Positions 1 through 7,599 of a DNA stretch of 35,088 nt are shown here, one piece after another. Within the stretch, counting starts at the first letter, position 1. Each line of letters starts with the position of its first letter. Source of the DNA: Bryobacteraceae bacterium (lineage in GTDB: Bacteria > Acidobacteriota > Terriglobia > Bryobacterales > Bryobacteraceae); NCBI GenBank assembly GCA_030037375.1, contig JASHRP010000045.1, positions 1-35,088 on the forward strand, given 5' to 3'. A model generated the notes under the pieces. That model had not been told where the DNA came from, ran no database searches, and was given only the letters and a program-made list of their open reading frames with translations. The translations under genes and the position numbers were made by a program.

Positions 1-2
1 CG

Positions 3-632
3 CGATTTGAGCTGGTCCTTGCGAACTACTTCGACGCCTCGTTAGGTCCCAAGGCAGCGCAGGAGGTGTTGTACCGGGATTTTCAGACAGGGGAGTCCAA
101 GCGGGAACAGCTAGAGTACTTTCATTTCAGCGTCGAGTCGGAGCGCTTTCCGTTCGCGGAGGGCGTATTCGACGTGGTCCTTCTGTGCGAAATTATCGAG
201 CATTTGCAAAACGATCCCGCAGCCGTTCTGACGGAAATCCATCGCGTGCTGAAGCCGGGAGGGACGCTGGTTCTGACGACGCCGAACGTGAACCGGCTGG
301 AAAACGTGACGCGGATGGTGGCGGGGGCGAATATCTACGATCCCTACTCCGGTTACGGCCCGTACGGCAGGCATAACCGCGAGTACAACAAGCACGAGCT
401 CAATCTGCTTTTGAGTTACTGCGGCTTTGAAGCCGAGGCGATGTTCACGGCGGATGTTCACGAGAACAACGCGCCCAACTACAGCGCCGTCAAGCCATTA
501 GTTCCGCTCCTCAAATTTCGCGAATCCGACCTCGGGCAATACATCTTTATCCGGTGTCACGCCAGCCGCGCGCCGGGCAAGAAGCGCCCCTCCTGGCTGT
601 ATCGCAGCTACCCGCCCGACCAGTTGGAATAA
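3..632 (+). CDS. Class I SAM-dependent methyltransferase, 5'-truncated by the window edge
   Basis: Frame 3 is open from nt 3, with no stop before the listed ORF at 66. VVLLCEIIEHL...LKPGGTLVLTTPN is the typical post-motif-I/II region of Rossmann-fold SAM methyltransferases. The GxGxG SAM-binding motif would lie off-window. Confidence 0.75.
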   Translation, partial: RFELVLANYFDASLGPKAAQEVLYRDFQTGESKREQLEYFHFSVESERFPFAEGVFDVVLLCEIIEHLQNDPAAVLTEIHRVLKPGGTLVLTTPNVNRLENVTRMVAGANIYDPYSGYGPYGRHNREYNKHELNLLLSYCGFEAEAMFTADVHENNAPNYSAVKPLVPLLKFRESDLGQYIFIRCHASRAPGKKRPSWLYRSYPPDQLE

Positions 633-701
633 CTCGCGCGGTTCGCGCCGGGCCGCATTTCCCGATGCGTTAGAATACAAGCGTCACTTAGGAGGAAAGC
701 G

Positions 702-1091
702 ATGCCACTGCAGGTCTGCATGGGTGCGTCGATGATGTGCACGATGGGCATGGCGCCGAGCTCATTGGTGGTGCTTCCCATCAATCGTGTAATGACGCAA
801 GAGGTGCCAGACGCCAACATCATGGACCACATCCCGATGGTCAACATCATGCCGTTCGGAATGTGTATGTCGCCCGCGAATCCGGAGGTAGCCGCCGCGA
901 CCGCCGCCGCGATGGGAGTGCTGACGCCCATGCCCTGTATTCCAGCGACGCCCTCACCCTGGGTAGCGGGTGCACCTACCGTTTTACTAGCCGAGCAGCC
1001 GACACTCGACAATATCTCCCAGTTGATGTGCATCTGGGGCGGCGTGATCACGTTCGAAACCGCGGGCGAGATGACTGTCAACGTACCCTAA
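702..1091 (+). CDS. DUF4280 (PAAR-like) domain protein, putative T6SS spike-tip protein
   Basis: 129 aa. The N-terminus MPLQVCMGASMMCTMGMAPSSLVV fits the DUF4280 pattern (V-x-x-GA-x-x-C-x-x-G-x-x-P-x-L). Cys/Met/Gly-rich small protein. Strong RBS AGGAGGA 5 nt upstream of the ATG. Located at the edge of the T6SS locus. Confidence 0.8.
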   Translation: MPLQVCMGASMMCTMGMAPSSLVVLPINRVMTQEVPDANIMDHIPMVNIMPFGMCMSPANPEVAAATAAAMGVLTPMPCIPATPSPWVAGAPTVLLAEQPTLDNISQLMCIWGGVITFETAGEMTVNVP

Positions 1092-1102
1092 GGGATGGTA
1101 AC

Positions 1103-2047
1103 GTGCTTCCGAAACCGCCATCTCTGCCCCCACTTAGTGCGCAATTTCAGAGTTCGTTCACGCCTCCGAAGCTGAGCGTGCCCGGAGCGCCATCTGCTCC
1201 CTCGGCTCCGCAGCCGGCCTCCGCGCCATCTGCTCCGTCGGCGCCACAGGCTCCATCGGTATCCGGAGCGCCATCGATGCCACAGGCGCCTTCGCTGCCG
1301 GGGACGCCATCGGCGCCCACGCCGCCGTCAGCGACGCCGCCGCCCGCGCCAGCGACTCCAGCGGCGCCGACTTCACAGTCGTGGGGTTACTGCCGTTCGT
1401 CGAGCGGTCAGACGCGCATCGACTCAGGCAATCAGTCGATCATCAACAATCCGCAGGCCGGGCAGACGATCCGGCTGGACCATGTGAATCAAACCGCCCA
1501 GATTTTCCCTTCCGGACAGGCTCCGAACATGCCTTCGATGCCCGGATCGGCTCCCACATTGACTCCTCCAAATCCGCCGATCAACGTCCAGGACCTAGGA
1601 ACAAAATCAGTCGCGGGACAAATGGCCCAGGGGAAGTTATACACGTACGCGATGCCAAAGCCGCCAGGGGTTCCGCAAGCGCCGAGCACGCCCCAAGCTC
1701 CAAGCGCACCGCAAGCTCCCAGCGCGCCACAAGCACCGGGAATGCCACAAGCCCCAAGCATGCCGTCGGCTCCGGCGTTGCCGCAACTGAAAACGGTCGA
1801 GGTGTGGAATAGTCCGCAGCTTCAGATGCCGGTGGCGAGCCGCGTTACCACGCCAATGGGAACGCAAACCACGCTGCCGCAGCAGATCACTCCTGGGGAA
1901 CCGTCGCCGTCGCAGTTCCAGATCCCGCCGGGATATAAGATCATCCCGCCGCCGTCTCTTTCGCCGCCCTCGATTCCCAAGCCATCGATTCCGAAGCCGC
2001 CCTCGCCGCCATCAATTCCGAGTCCGCCTTCGACGCCGTCGATTTGA
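1103..2047 (+). CDS. Proline-rich low-complexity protein of unknown function (APSAPQ / PQAPS / PSIPK repeat blocks separated by non-repetitive islands)
   Basis: 945-nt open frame with G/C-rich third positions. GTG at 1103 lies 11 nt after the DUF4280 stop, with AAGGGA 7 nt upstream. The ORF-track version starting at 737 overlaps the DUF4280 gene in another frame and is rejected. No signal peptide or TM segment is evident. Confidence 0.6.
   Translation: MLPKPPSLPPLSAQFQSSFTPPKLSVPGAPSAPSAPQPASAPSAPSAPQAPSVSGAPSMPQAPSLPGTPSAPTPPSATPPPAPATPAAPTSQSWGYCRSSSGQTRIDSGNQSIINNPQAGQTIRLDHVNQTAQIFPSGQAPNMPSMPGSAPTLTPPNPPINVQDLGTKSVAGQMAQGKLYTYAMPKPPGVPQAPSTPQAPSAPQAPSAPQAPGMPQAPSMPSAPALPQLKTVEVWNSPQLQMPVASRVTTPMGTQTTLPQQITPGEPSPSQFQIPPGYKIIPPPSLSPPSIPKPSIPKPPSPPSIPSPPSTPSI
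1181..1375 (+). repeat. Imperfect A/P/S/Q-coding repeat block 1 (APSAPQ-like units; Ser as TCN, Gln as CAG)
   Basis: Read directly: gcg cca tct gct ccc tcg gct ccg cag ... gcg cca tct gct ccg tcg gcg cca cag ... Confidence 0.6.
1660..1785 (+). repeat. Imperfect 18-nt-period repeat block 2 (PQAPS[A/T/M] units; Ser mostly AGC, Gln as CAA)
   Basis: Read directly: ccg caa gcg ccg agc acg ccc caa gct cca agc gca ccg caa gct ccc agc gcg cca caa gca ccg gga atg cca caa gcc cca agc atg. Confidence 0.6.
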
Positions 2048-2055
2048 GGACTGCC

Positions 2056-5000
2056 TTACTTGGCTACGTCGGCGACGCAACTCATCGCGGACAGGTAGCC
2101 TTTTTGGAAGACGGGCGGCGACGCGCCCATATCGAGGTCCAAGCGAATTGTGAGGGGATTGCCGTTCGCCAACCGTGTGATCTGATCCCCGCTCCTAAGT
2201 AACCATTCGAGGTTGCTAGTAGAACCCGGTCCCGCTGGCTTATCGGCCTTCGCAAGGAATCTGAATATGCCCCATAGACCGGGAAACGTCTGCCAGGTGG
2301 TTTCCAGGCCCCCGACTTTCGCCACGGCTTTAACGCCGGAGGAATCGCCGGGCCAATTGAATTGTTTGGCCGTGCCGTTACCGCCGTTGGAGGTGAGGTT
2401 CTGACCATCGATCGTCAGGTTAATCCCCTGGATTCCCTCGGAGCGGACGGGTTTGAGCGAATAGGTAAAGTGCAGATCGCCGGAACCGTACAATGCGCCG
2501 GAAAATGCAGCCATCCGGTTAAAGAAACTGACGAAAGCCGGAAGCAACGTGGGACTGCCGCTAGCCGCAGGCACGTAAACGCCGCCTTGCTTCGGCAGGA
2601 GTTTTTGCAGGTTTTGATCGTAGAATTTCCATAGCGAGCCATCCATCGGCTTGAAGATGGCGTTGATGTCGGAGATGCTGGCCTCGTTGGCGCTGGCCGC
2701 GTTAAACGGATACTTGGTCATCAATGCGCGAAGATCGGTACAAAGACTCTTACCGCCCTTATTCAGCGCCGCCGCACCCAAACCCTTCACCAGCGGCTCG
2801 ACGTAGGCGATGGGAGCCTCGATGAGCGACTGCACCGTACCGGCCATCGGGTCCACGCCGAAACTCTGCGCCATTCCACCGGTAACCACCTTCGCGGCAG
2901 TAGCGCTGTTCGCCGCTTGAAGGACGTTGGGGTCGTTCGGGTCGGAACTCGTGATCTGGCCCAGCGCAACTTGCAGCGCGAGCAACGCCTTCATGTAATC
3001 CTGATTGGGCGGCCCGACGTATTGATCTCCGCAAGAGGGCTGAACGACGCCGAGAAGGGGCTTGAAGGACTTTGCGATTTCCGAGTCCGCGCCCACATTT
3101 TGCGCGGCCATGCAGAACATAGCGAGCAAGGGCGATTGCGGACTAGAGGTGACTTGGAGCTTCTTGGCGGCATCAGGGACGCTATCGTATCTCACCACCG
3201 TGGTTTGCTTCAGGTAGTCCCGCCATTGAGCGACAAAATCGTTGCTATAAAGCGTCTGAAGATCGCTTTCGAGCTTGGCGCGGTCGCCAATCGCGGCCGA
3301 TTGATCGCCCAGGACCCATTGCTCGCCCGCGAAATACCGGTCGGCGTGCTTGATCGCGTCCTGCATCGCGGCCCAGCCGGCCTTGGTGTACGCGCCGGCT
3401 ACCTCACGAGTATTCACCACCGTTTGGGCCGAACCGGGAAATTTCTGGTTGAAAATCAACGACGGATTGTTCTTGTTCACTTCCGTGAGCATGAACCGGT
3501 ACACTCTCTCGGTTCCGGCGAACTGCGCTAGGTACCTGCGGGCGCGACTGATCGCGGAGGCGTCATTGTCGGCGGAGAACGGGTTTTCGAATCTCAATTC
3601 ATCACTATAAAAATCGAACTGCTTGCGCACGAGTTGCGCGCGCGCTGCATCCACGTTCTTGCCCGCCTCCCAGCGCGAGTAAAGCACGGGGGATAGATAG
3701 AGCTTGGTGCTCTTGTCGTGGTTCGAAGTCGTGATCAGGTAGGATTTGAGACTGTCGTATGGATACTGATACGAATCCGCTGGACCCGGACTAGACGGCA
3801 AGGATAAAAGATTCACAACCAAGCCGGTCTGTGTTGAGCTGAACAGAAGCTGGAAGAAACGGCGGAAATAAACTTTGCGGGCTTTTGGATAGATTTCTTG
3901 CCCGCTATACAATCCCCAGCGATAGCTCAGCGGCGCGCCTTCACGATTGTAACGCCCGATGGTCTCGAGCGACTGACGCAGGGCGTCGAGCTTGGTGAGA
4001 TCGTCGAGCGAAGGAATCGGCGGCGGAGTCGCGGTATCGAGCTTGATCGCCGCCGCAGCTTCCCGAGCGGTGGCCTGCAGATCGCTATTCTGATTGAACG
4101 ATACGGTCCATGCGATCGACAGAAAGAGACCCAGAGCCGCGGCGCAGGCCAGCAGCGCCAGCTTCAGCCGGCTGGTGGTCACGGTCAACGCGCTCCGGCC
4201 GAGAGCGGTTTCGTCGGCCAGGATCACCTGTGCGAACAGTTGCTTCAAAAAGAGCCACTGCGGCACTTTGCGGACGGCGGAGCTTTCGGCCTGCAATGCA
4301 GCGCCAGGGTCGGGACCGAGGCGAAAGACGCCGGTCGCGCCGGTGTCCGGACCCATTGCGCGCTTTGCCACCACAGGGGTAGGCGCAACGTCGCGCACCA
4401 TGATTGGACGGACTCCAGAGAAATAGAATCCGCGCAGGAAAGGGGCGGCGGTCAACTGGCTGGGGCGGCAAACGTCCAGCAGGAAGGCCGCAAGCAAATT
4501 GCGAATCTTACGAAACTCGCGGGGAAATTCGTAAGCCCCGGGCAATCGCTGCACGTCGCCTTCGCGGCCCAGGAAAGCCGTGCGGTGCTCGGCAAGGGAG
4601 AAATAGATCCGGTCCAGAGCAGCATTCAATTGCGCCGTCTGCTCCTCGTCGTAGGCTCCTTTGTTAACCCGCGCGGACAAGGTCGCGCCCAAGACCTGGA
4701 CCGATTCGTCGTTGGTTAGGGTTTGGAAATAGTCGGTGAAATAGGGGACCCGGTCCAGCTTGGTGAAGAGAACGTAGACCGGCAAGCTGATGCCCAGAGT
4801 CTGGGAAATGGTCGCGAGCCTTTCCCGCATTTCGCGAGCCAAGGCCGCAACACCCTCCGGACTGCGTGCCCGTATCAGTTCCTCACAATCGAAACACACC
4901 AGAGCGGCCCTTGGCGATTGGGCGCCCCTGCGAGTGGCTCCCTGCAGCGGCCCGGGGCGCATTCGCTGAATCAGCTTGGTCCACTGTCCGGCATCGGCAA

Positions 5001-5505
5001 GCGCCGCGGCTCCGGCTTCGAGGAAAACCCACTGCCGCGCGAACCAGGCGTTCACGAAGCGCGTGGGAGCGATGATGTTGCCTTCCTGATAAACCTGGCC
5101 GGCAAGCAACTCAGGCGCAAGCCCGGATTGCAAAATCGTGGTCGTTTTGGTCGCGCCGCGCGAGCCAAGCATCAGCAGCGCGGGAAGGCTCGCGAACCGC
5201 GCGTTCTTGCCCAAATTGGAGGATCGCAGCCGCTCCTCGGCTTCGCTTAGTAACTGCCCAAGCTGATCGTCGGACTTGCTGGAACCCGGTTCGGCAGTTT
5301 CCTTTTTCGCTGCATCTTCGGCTCTCTTTTCGGTCCACAGATAGGCGCCAGCGGCCACAACGCCGATCAAAGCCAATCCGCCGAAGAGGATCCAAAAATT
5401 GATGCCCGTGATTCCTAACAGCTTGGGGACGAGAAACGCAATGCCCAGATAGACCACCAAGGCTGCGCCAGCTACTTTAGCTTTATTCGAAAGCTCCTGA
5501 GACAT
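2056..5505 (-). CDS. tssM: Type VI secretion membrane-complex protein TssM (IcmF family)
   Basis: 1149 aa. Two N-terminal TM helices, a cytosolic P-loop-like region (LMLGSRGATKTTTI), a third TM (LALLACAAALGLFLSIAWTV), then a long periplasmic domain. Starts 2 nt after the tssL stop. Confidence 0.9.
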   Translation of the reverse strand: MSQELSNKAKVAGAALVVYLGIAFLVPKLLGITGINFWILFGGLALIGVVAAGAYLWTEKRAEDAAKKETAEPGSSKSDDQLGQLLSEAEERLRSSNLGKNARFASLPALLMLGSRGATKTTTILQSGLAPELLAGQVYQEGNIIAPTRFVNAWFARQWVFLEAGAAALADAGQWTKLIQRMRPGPLQGATRRGAQSPRAALVCFDCEELIRARSPEGVAALAREMRERLATISQTLGISLPVYVLFTKLDRVPYFTDYFQTLTNDESVQVLGATLSARVNKGAYDEEQTAQLNAALDRIYFSLAEHRTAFLGREGDVQRLPGAYEFPREFRKIRNLLAAFLLDVCRPSQLTAAPFLRGFYFSGVRPIMVRDVAPTPVVAKRAMGPDTGATGVFRLGPDPGAALQAESSAVRKVPQWLFLKQLFAQVILADETALGRSALTVTTSRLKLALLACAAALGLFLSIAWTVSFNQNSDLQATAREAAAAIKLDTATPPPIPSLDDLTKLDALRQSLETIGRYNREGAPLSYRWGLYSGQEIYPKARKVYFRRFFQLLFSSTQTGLVVNLLSLPSSPGPADSYQYPYDSLKSYLITTSNHDKSTKLYLSPVLYSRWEAGKNVDAARAQLVRKQFDFYSDELRFENPFSADNDASAISRARRYLAQFAGTERVYRFMLTEVNKNNPSLIFNQKFPGSAQTVVNTREVAGAYTKAGWAAMQDAIKHADRYFAGEQWVLGDQSAAIGDRAKLESDLQTLYSNDFVAQWRDYLKQTTVVRYDSVPDAAKKLQVTSSPQSPLLAMFCMAAQNVGADSEIAKSFKPLLGVVQPSCGDQYVGPPNQDYMKALLALQVALGQITSSDPNDPNVLQAANSATAAKVVTGGMAQSFGVDPMAGTVQSLIEAPIAYVEPLVKGLGAAALNKGGKSLCTDLRALMTKYPFNAASANEASISDINAIFKPMDGSLWKFYDQNLQKLLPKQGGVYVPAASGSPTLLPAFVSFFNRMAAFSGALYGSGDLHFTYSLKPVRSEGIQGINLTIDGQNLTSNGGNGTAKQFNWPGDSSGVKAVAKVGGLETTWQTFPGLWGIFRFLAKADKPAGPGSTSNLEWLLRSGDQITRLANGNPLTIRLDLDMGASPPVFQKGYLSAMSCVADVAK

Positions 5506-5507
5506 GG

Positions 5508-6170
5508 CTAGATTCCCGATGACCCGAGAGAGATCTTAAACGCGATAAACAGGATCAGCGCCAGGCCCAACAGAGACGAGGCGGCGATCGTCAACCATTT
5601 CAGCCTGGGATCTCCCTTGGCGGGCGCTGCGATTTCACCCTGCGGCGCCCAATCCGGCGAGAGCCAAGAGTCGCCGCGAATGTGCCGAATTTTCGCGGCG
5701 ATCGATTCCGCTACCGCGCGCAGCTCTCCCTTACCCATCACGGTGTACTTCCCACCATAGCCAAGGAGGATGCACAACAGGTAGACCTCCAGAATGTCCG
5801 CCAGAACGCTGGAATCCGGTTGCGCCATGAGATTGTCGACGTTGCTAAAAAAGACTTCGCCGGCCTGATGCCCTCCAAACACTTCCTGTTGCAGGGGCCT
5901 GCGTGGCCAGTCCGCGAATACGGGATTGCGCGAATTAAGGATCGATTCGTCGAGCAGCGCGATCACGGCGAACATCGCCAGGCGCACGTCGTCCCGTGAA
6001 TAGCCGCGTTTGGTTCCTTCTTCGTTGGCGAGAACGAACTGTTGCCGCATCTCAGCACGAAAAACCTCCGGGTCCGCGACCTTTTCCCGGCTGGCTCGGA
6101 TTCGTTCGATGGCCGTGAGCGCCTCTTGAAACACCAGCGCCAAATTGTCGTATTGTCTGTCCGGTTGCAT
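5508..6170 (-). CDS. tssL: Type VI secretion protein TssL (DotU family), without a peptidoglycan-binding extension
   Basis: Internal ATG at 6168-6170 gives a 220-aa DotU-like protein (MQPDRQYDNLALVFQEALTAIERI...) with one C-terminal TM (WLTIAASSLLGLALILFIAF). The longer ORF-track form reaching 6395 overlaps the tssK 3' end and is Arg/Ser-rich noise. Confidence 0.85.
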   Translation of the reverse strand: MQPDRQYDNLALVFQEALTAIERIRASREKVADPEVFRAEMRQQFVLANEEGTKRGYSRDDVRLAMFAVIALLDESILNSRNPVFADWPRRPLQQEVFGGHQAGEVFFSNVDNLMAQPDSSVLADILEVYLLCILLGYGGKYTVMGKGELRAVAESIAAKIRHIRGDSWLSPDWAPQGEIAAPAKGDPRLKWLTIAASSLLGLALILFIAFKISLGSSGI

Positions 6171-6180
6171 AAACGGAGTC

Positions 6181-7530
6181 TCAGGACTCGAGAACCGCGA
6201 GAAGCTGAATATCGGGTTTCGGAATGTCTCCCGGCACGTAGATCCCAACGCCCTTGGTGGTGACGATGTGCTCCCAGAACGGGCCGCTCTTGTTGACGCG
6301 GAAGTACTGCGTCGCGACACGCGCGGCGATCGCCGGCGGAGGAACTGGCACGTGAGCCAGCGGCAAGCCAGGCAGAGCTCGCTTGACCAACTCACCGACG
6401 AATTTCTCCGAGCAGAGCTTCACAAGCTGAGGGACCTTCTGGATCAAATCCACGTCGCCCATGTCCGCGCGAACCGCGAGATACCAGGACGAATTTCCGA
6501 AGCAACGTTGATCGGTGACTTGCCCTGCGTAGTAATAAGCCGCCGTGGAATGCAGCGGGATCGAAAGGCAATTGGTGGGAATGATCAGCTCCAGATGCTC
6601 CCGGATGTGACGGTCGAGGGCATCGAAGCATTCGTCTGGATGCAGGTGGTCGTAGGCGGGGAGCGTTCTCGGATGGGAGGCTAGCGCAAACGTGCAGAGC
6701 GCGCCGGCAAGGCGCGAAAGCTCGATATACAATTCCTGCGGATGACCGCGCTTCGAGAAATAAAAGTGTCGAAGCGGAGACAGGCTGGCGTTCACCGTAT
6801 GGAGAAACCAAAAGCTGGCAATCTCGCGGGTGGAGAACCCGATGGCGCCCGCCAATTCCGCGGCCCGCGTCAGGCCGGCGATCTTCTCCTCCATCAACTC
6901 AATCAGCGGTCCAAGCAGGTTCATCAAGCGGGGACTGGCGCTGATCTGAAGCGTCGGACCGATGAAATTCGGATCGAAGACGAACTTTCCCGAACCGGAA
7001 CGCATCACGCGCGCGATGGGGAGGGTCATCAAATCGTCGGTCTGTTCGGTTTCGAAGATGATCCTAAGGTTCTTGCGTCCGATCCGGATCTGCTTCTCGT
7101 CTTGGCCGGTGGTGTCGTCGTGAAGCGTCTGCGTCTCGGCGATGTACCGGTAGCCGTCCGGCTCCGCCAACGGGGTAAGGGCGCAGTTTACCCCGTTGTT
7201 CTTACGCCAGGGGAGCGCGAGCATGACGGTCAGCCGATTGCTAGCCGGCGAGATGACCGACGCGACGTCGCGCGGCGGAGGCAGTTGATCCGATTCAGGC
7301 ATGTGAAATGCCGTACCGTCGGGCATGATGCCGCGGGCATGAAGAATCGCGACCGTGCCGTTGCTCAAGGCCTCCTCATCCAACGCGTACCCGGTCACGC
7401 CGTAAGTGCCGTCCCACAGCGCCTCCGTAACGAAGTGAATGGAGTCCTCGAAGTAGCGGCTTTGGGCCTGGAAATGGTGCGGCCCAAGGTACATGCCCTC
7501 GGCCCACACTACCCGTGAAAGATTCTTCAT
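6181..7530 (-). CDS. tssK: Type VI secretion baseplate protein TssK (copy 1, in the tssK-tssL-tssM block)
   Basis: 449 aa. The N-terminus VVWAEGMYLGPHHFQAQSRYFED matches the conserved TssK/ImpJ/VasE signature. Gene order tssK-tssL-tssM is canonical. Confidence 0.9.
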   Translation of the reverse strand: MKNLSRVVWAEGMYLGPHHFQAQSRYFEDSIHFVTEALWDGTYGVTGYALDEEALSNGTVAILHARGIMPDGTAFHMPESDQLPPPRDVASVISPASNRLTVMLALPWRKNNGVNCALTPLAEPDGYRYIAETQTLHDDTTGQDEKQIRIGRKNLRIIFETEQTDDLMTLPIARVMRSGSGKFVFDPNFIGPTLQISASPRLMNLLGPLIELMEEKIAGLTRAAELAGAIGFSTREIASFWFLHTVNASLSPLRHFYFSKRGHPQELYIELSRLAGALCTFALASHPRTLPAYDHLHPDECFDALDRHIREHLELIIPTNCLSIPLHSTAAYYYAGQVTDQRCFGNSSWYLAVRADMGDVDLIQKVPQLVKLCSEKFVGELVKRALPGLPLAHVPVPPPAIAARVATQYFRVNKSGPFWEHIVTTKGVGIYVPGDIPKPDIQLLAVLES

Positions 7531-7599
7531 GGTCAGGTTATAGCCCGCCGGATAATAATACTAGCATCCCTATTGTATGTGGTGAAATAGGATACAGTC
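7531..7599. promoter_or_regulatory. Divergent intergenic region (tssK1 leftward, repeat-motif gene rightward), AT-rich
   Basis: The two genes diverge from this 69-bp gap, so at least one promoter must lie here or within the flanking coding sequence. It contains the inverted repeat CCTATT-N11-AATAGG (7569-7574 / 7586-7591). No consensus promoter could be defined. Confidence 0.4.

Noticed and set aside
633-701. A possible promoter (TAGAAT at 671-676) and a GCGCG-GTT-CGCGC hairpin between the methyltransferase and the DUF4280 gene.
   Set aside because: There is no acceptable -35 element at 16-19 bp spacing. The hairpin lacks a U-tract. This is too weak to report as a feature.
737-1102. The ORF-track ORF 737-2047 (436 aa) would extend the Pro-rich protein 122 codons upstream.
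   Set aside because: The extension overlaps the well-supported DUF4280 gene (702-1091) in another frame and translates to Arg/Gly/His-rich noise. A GTG with an RBS sits at 1103, just after the DUF4280 stop.
6171-6395. N-terminal extension of the tssL ORF (listed as 5508-6395).
   Set aside because: It overlaps the tssK 3' end and reads as Arg/Ser-rich sequence. The DotU-like sequence begins at the internal ATG at 6170, 10 nt after the tssK stop.
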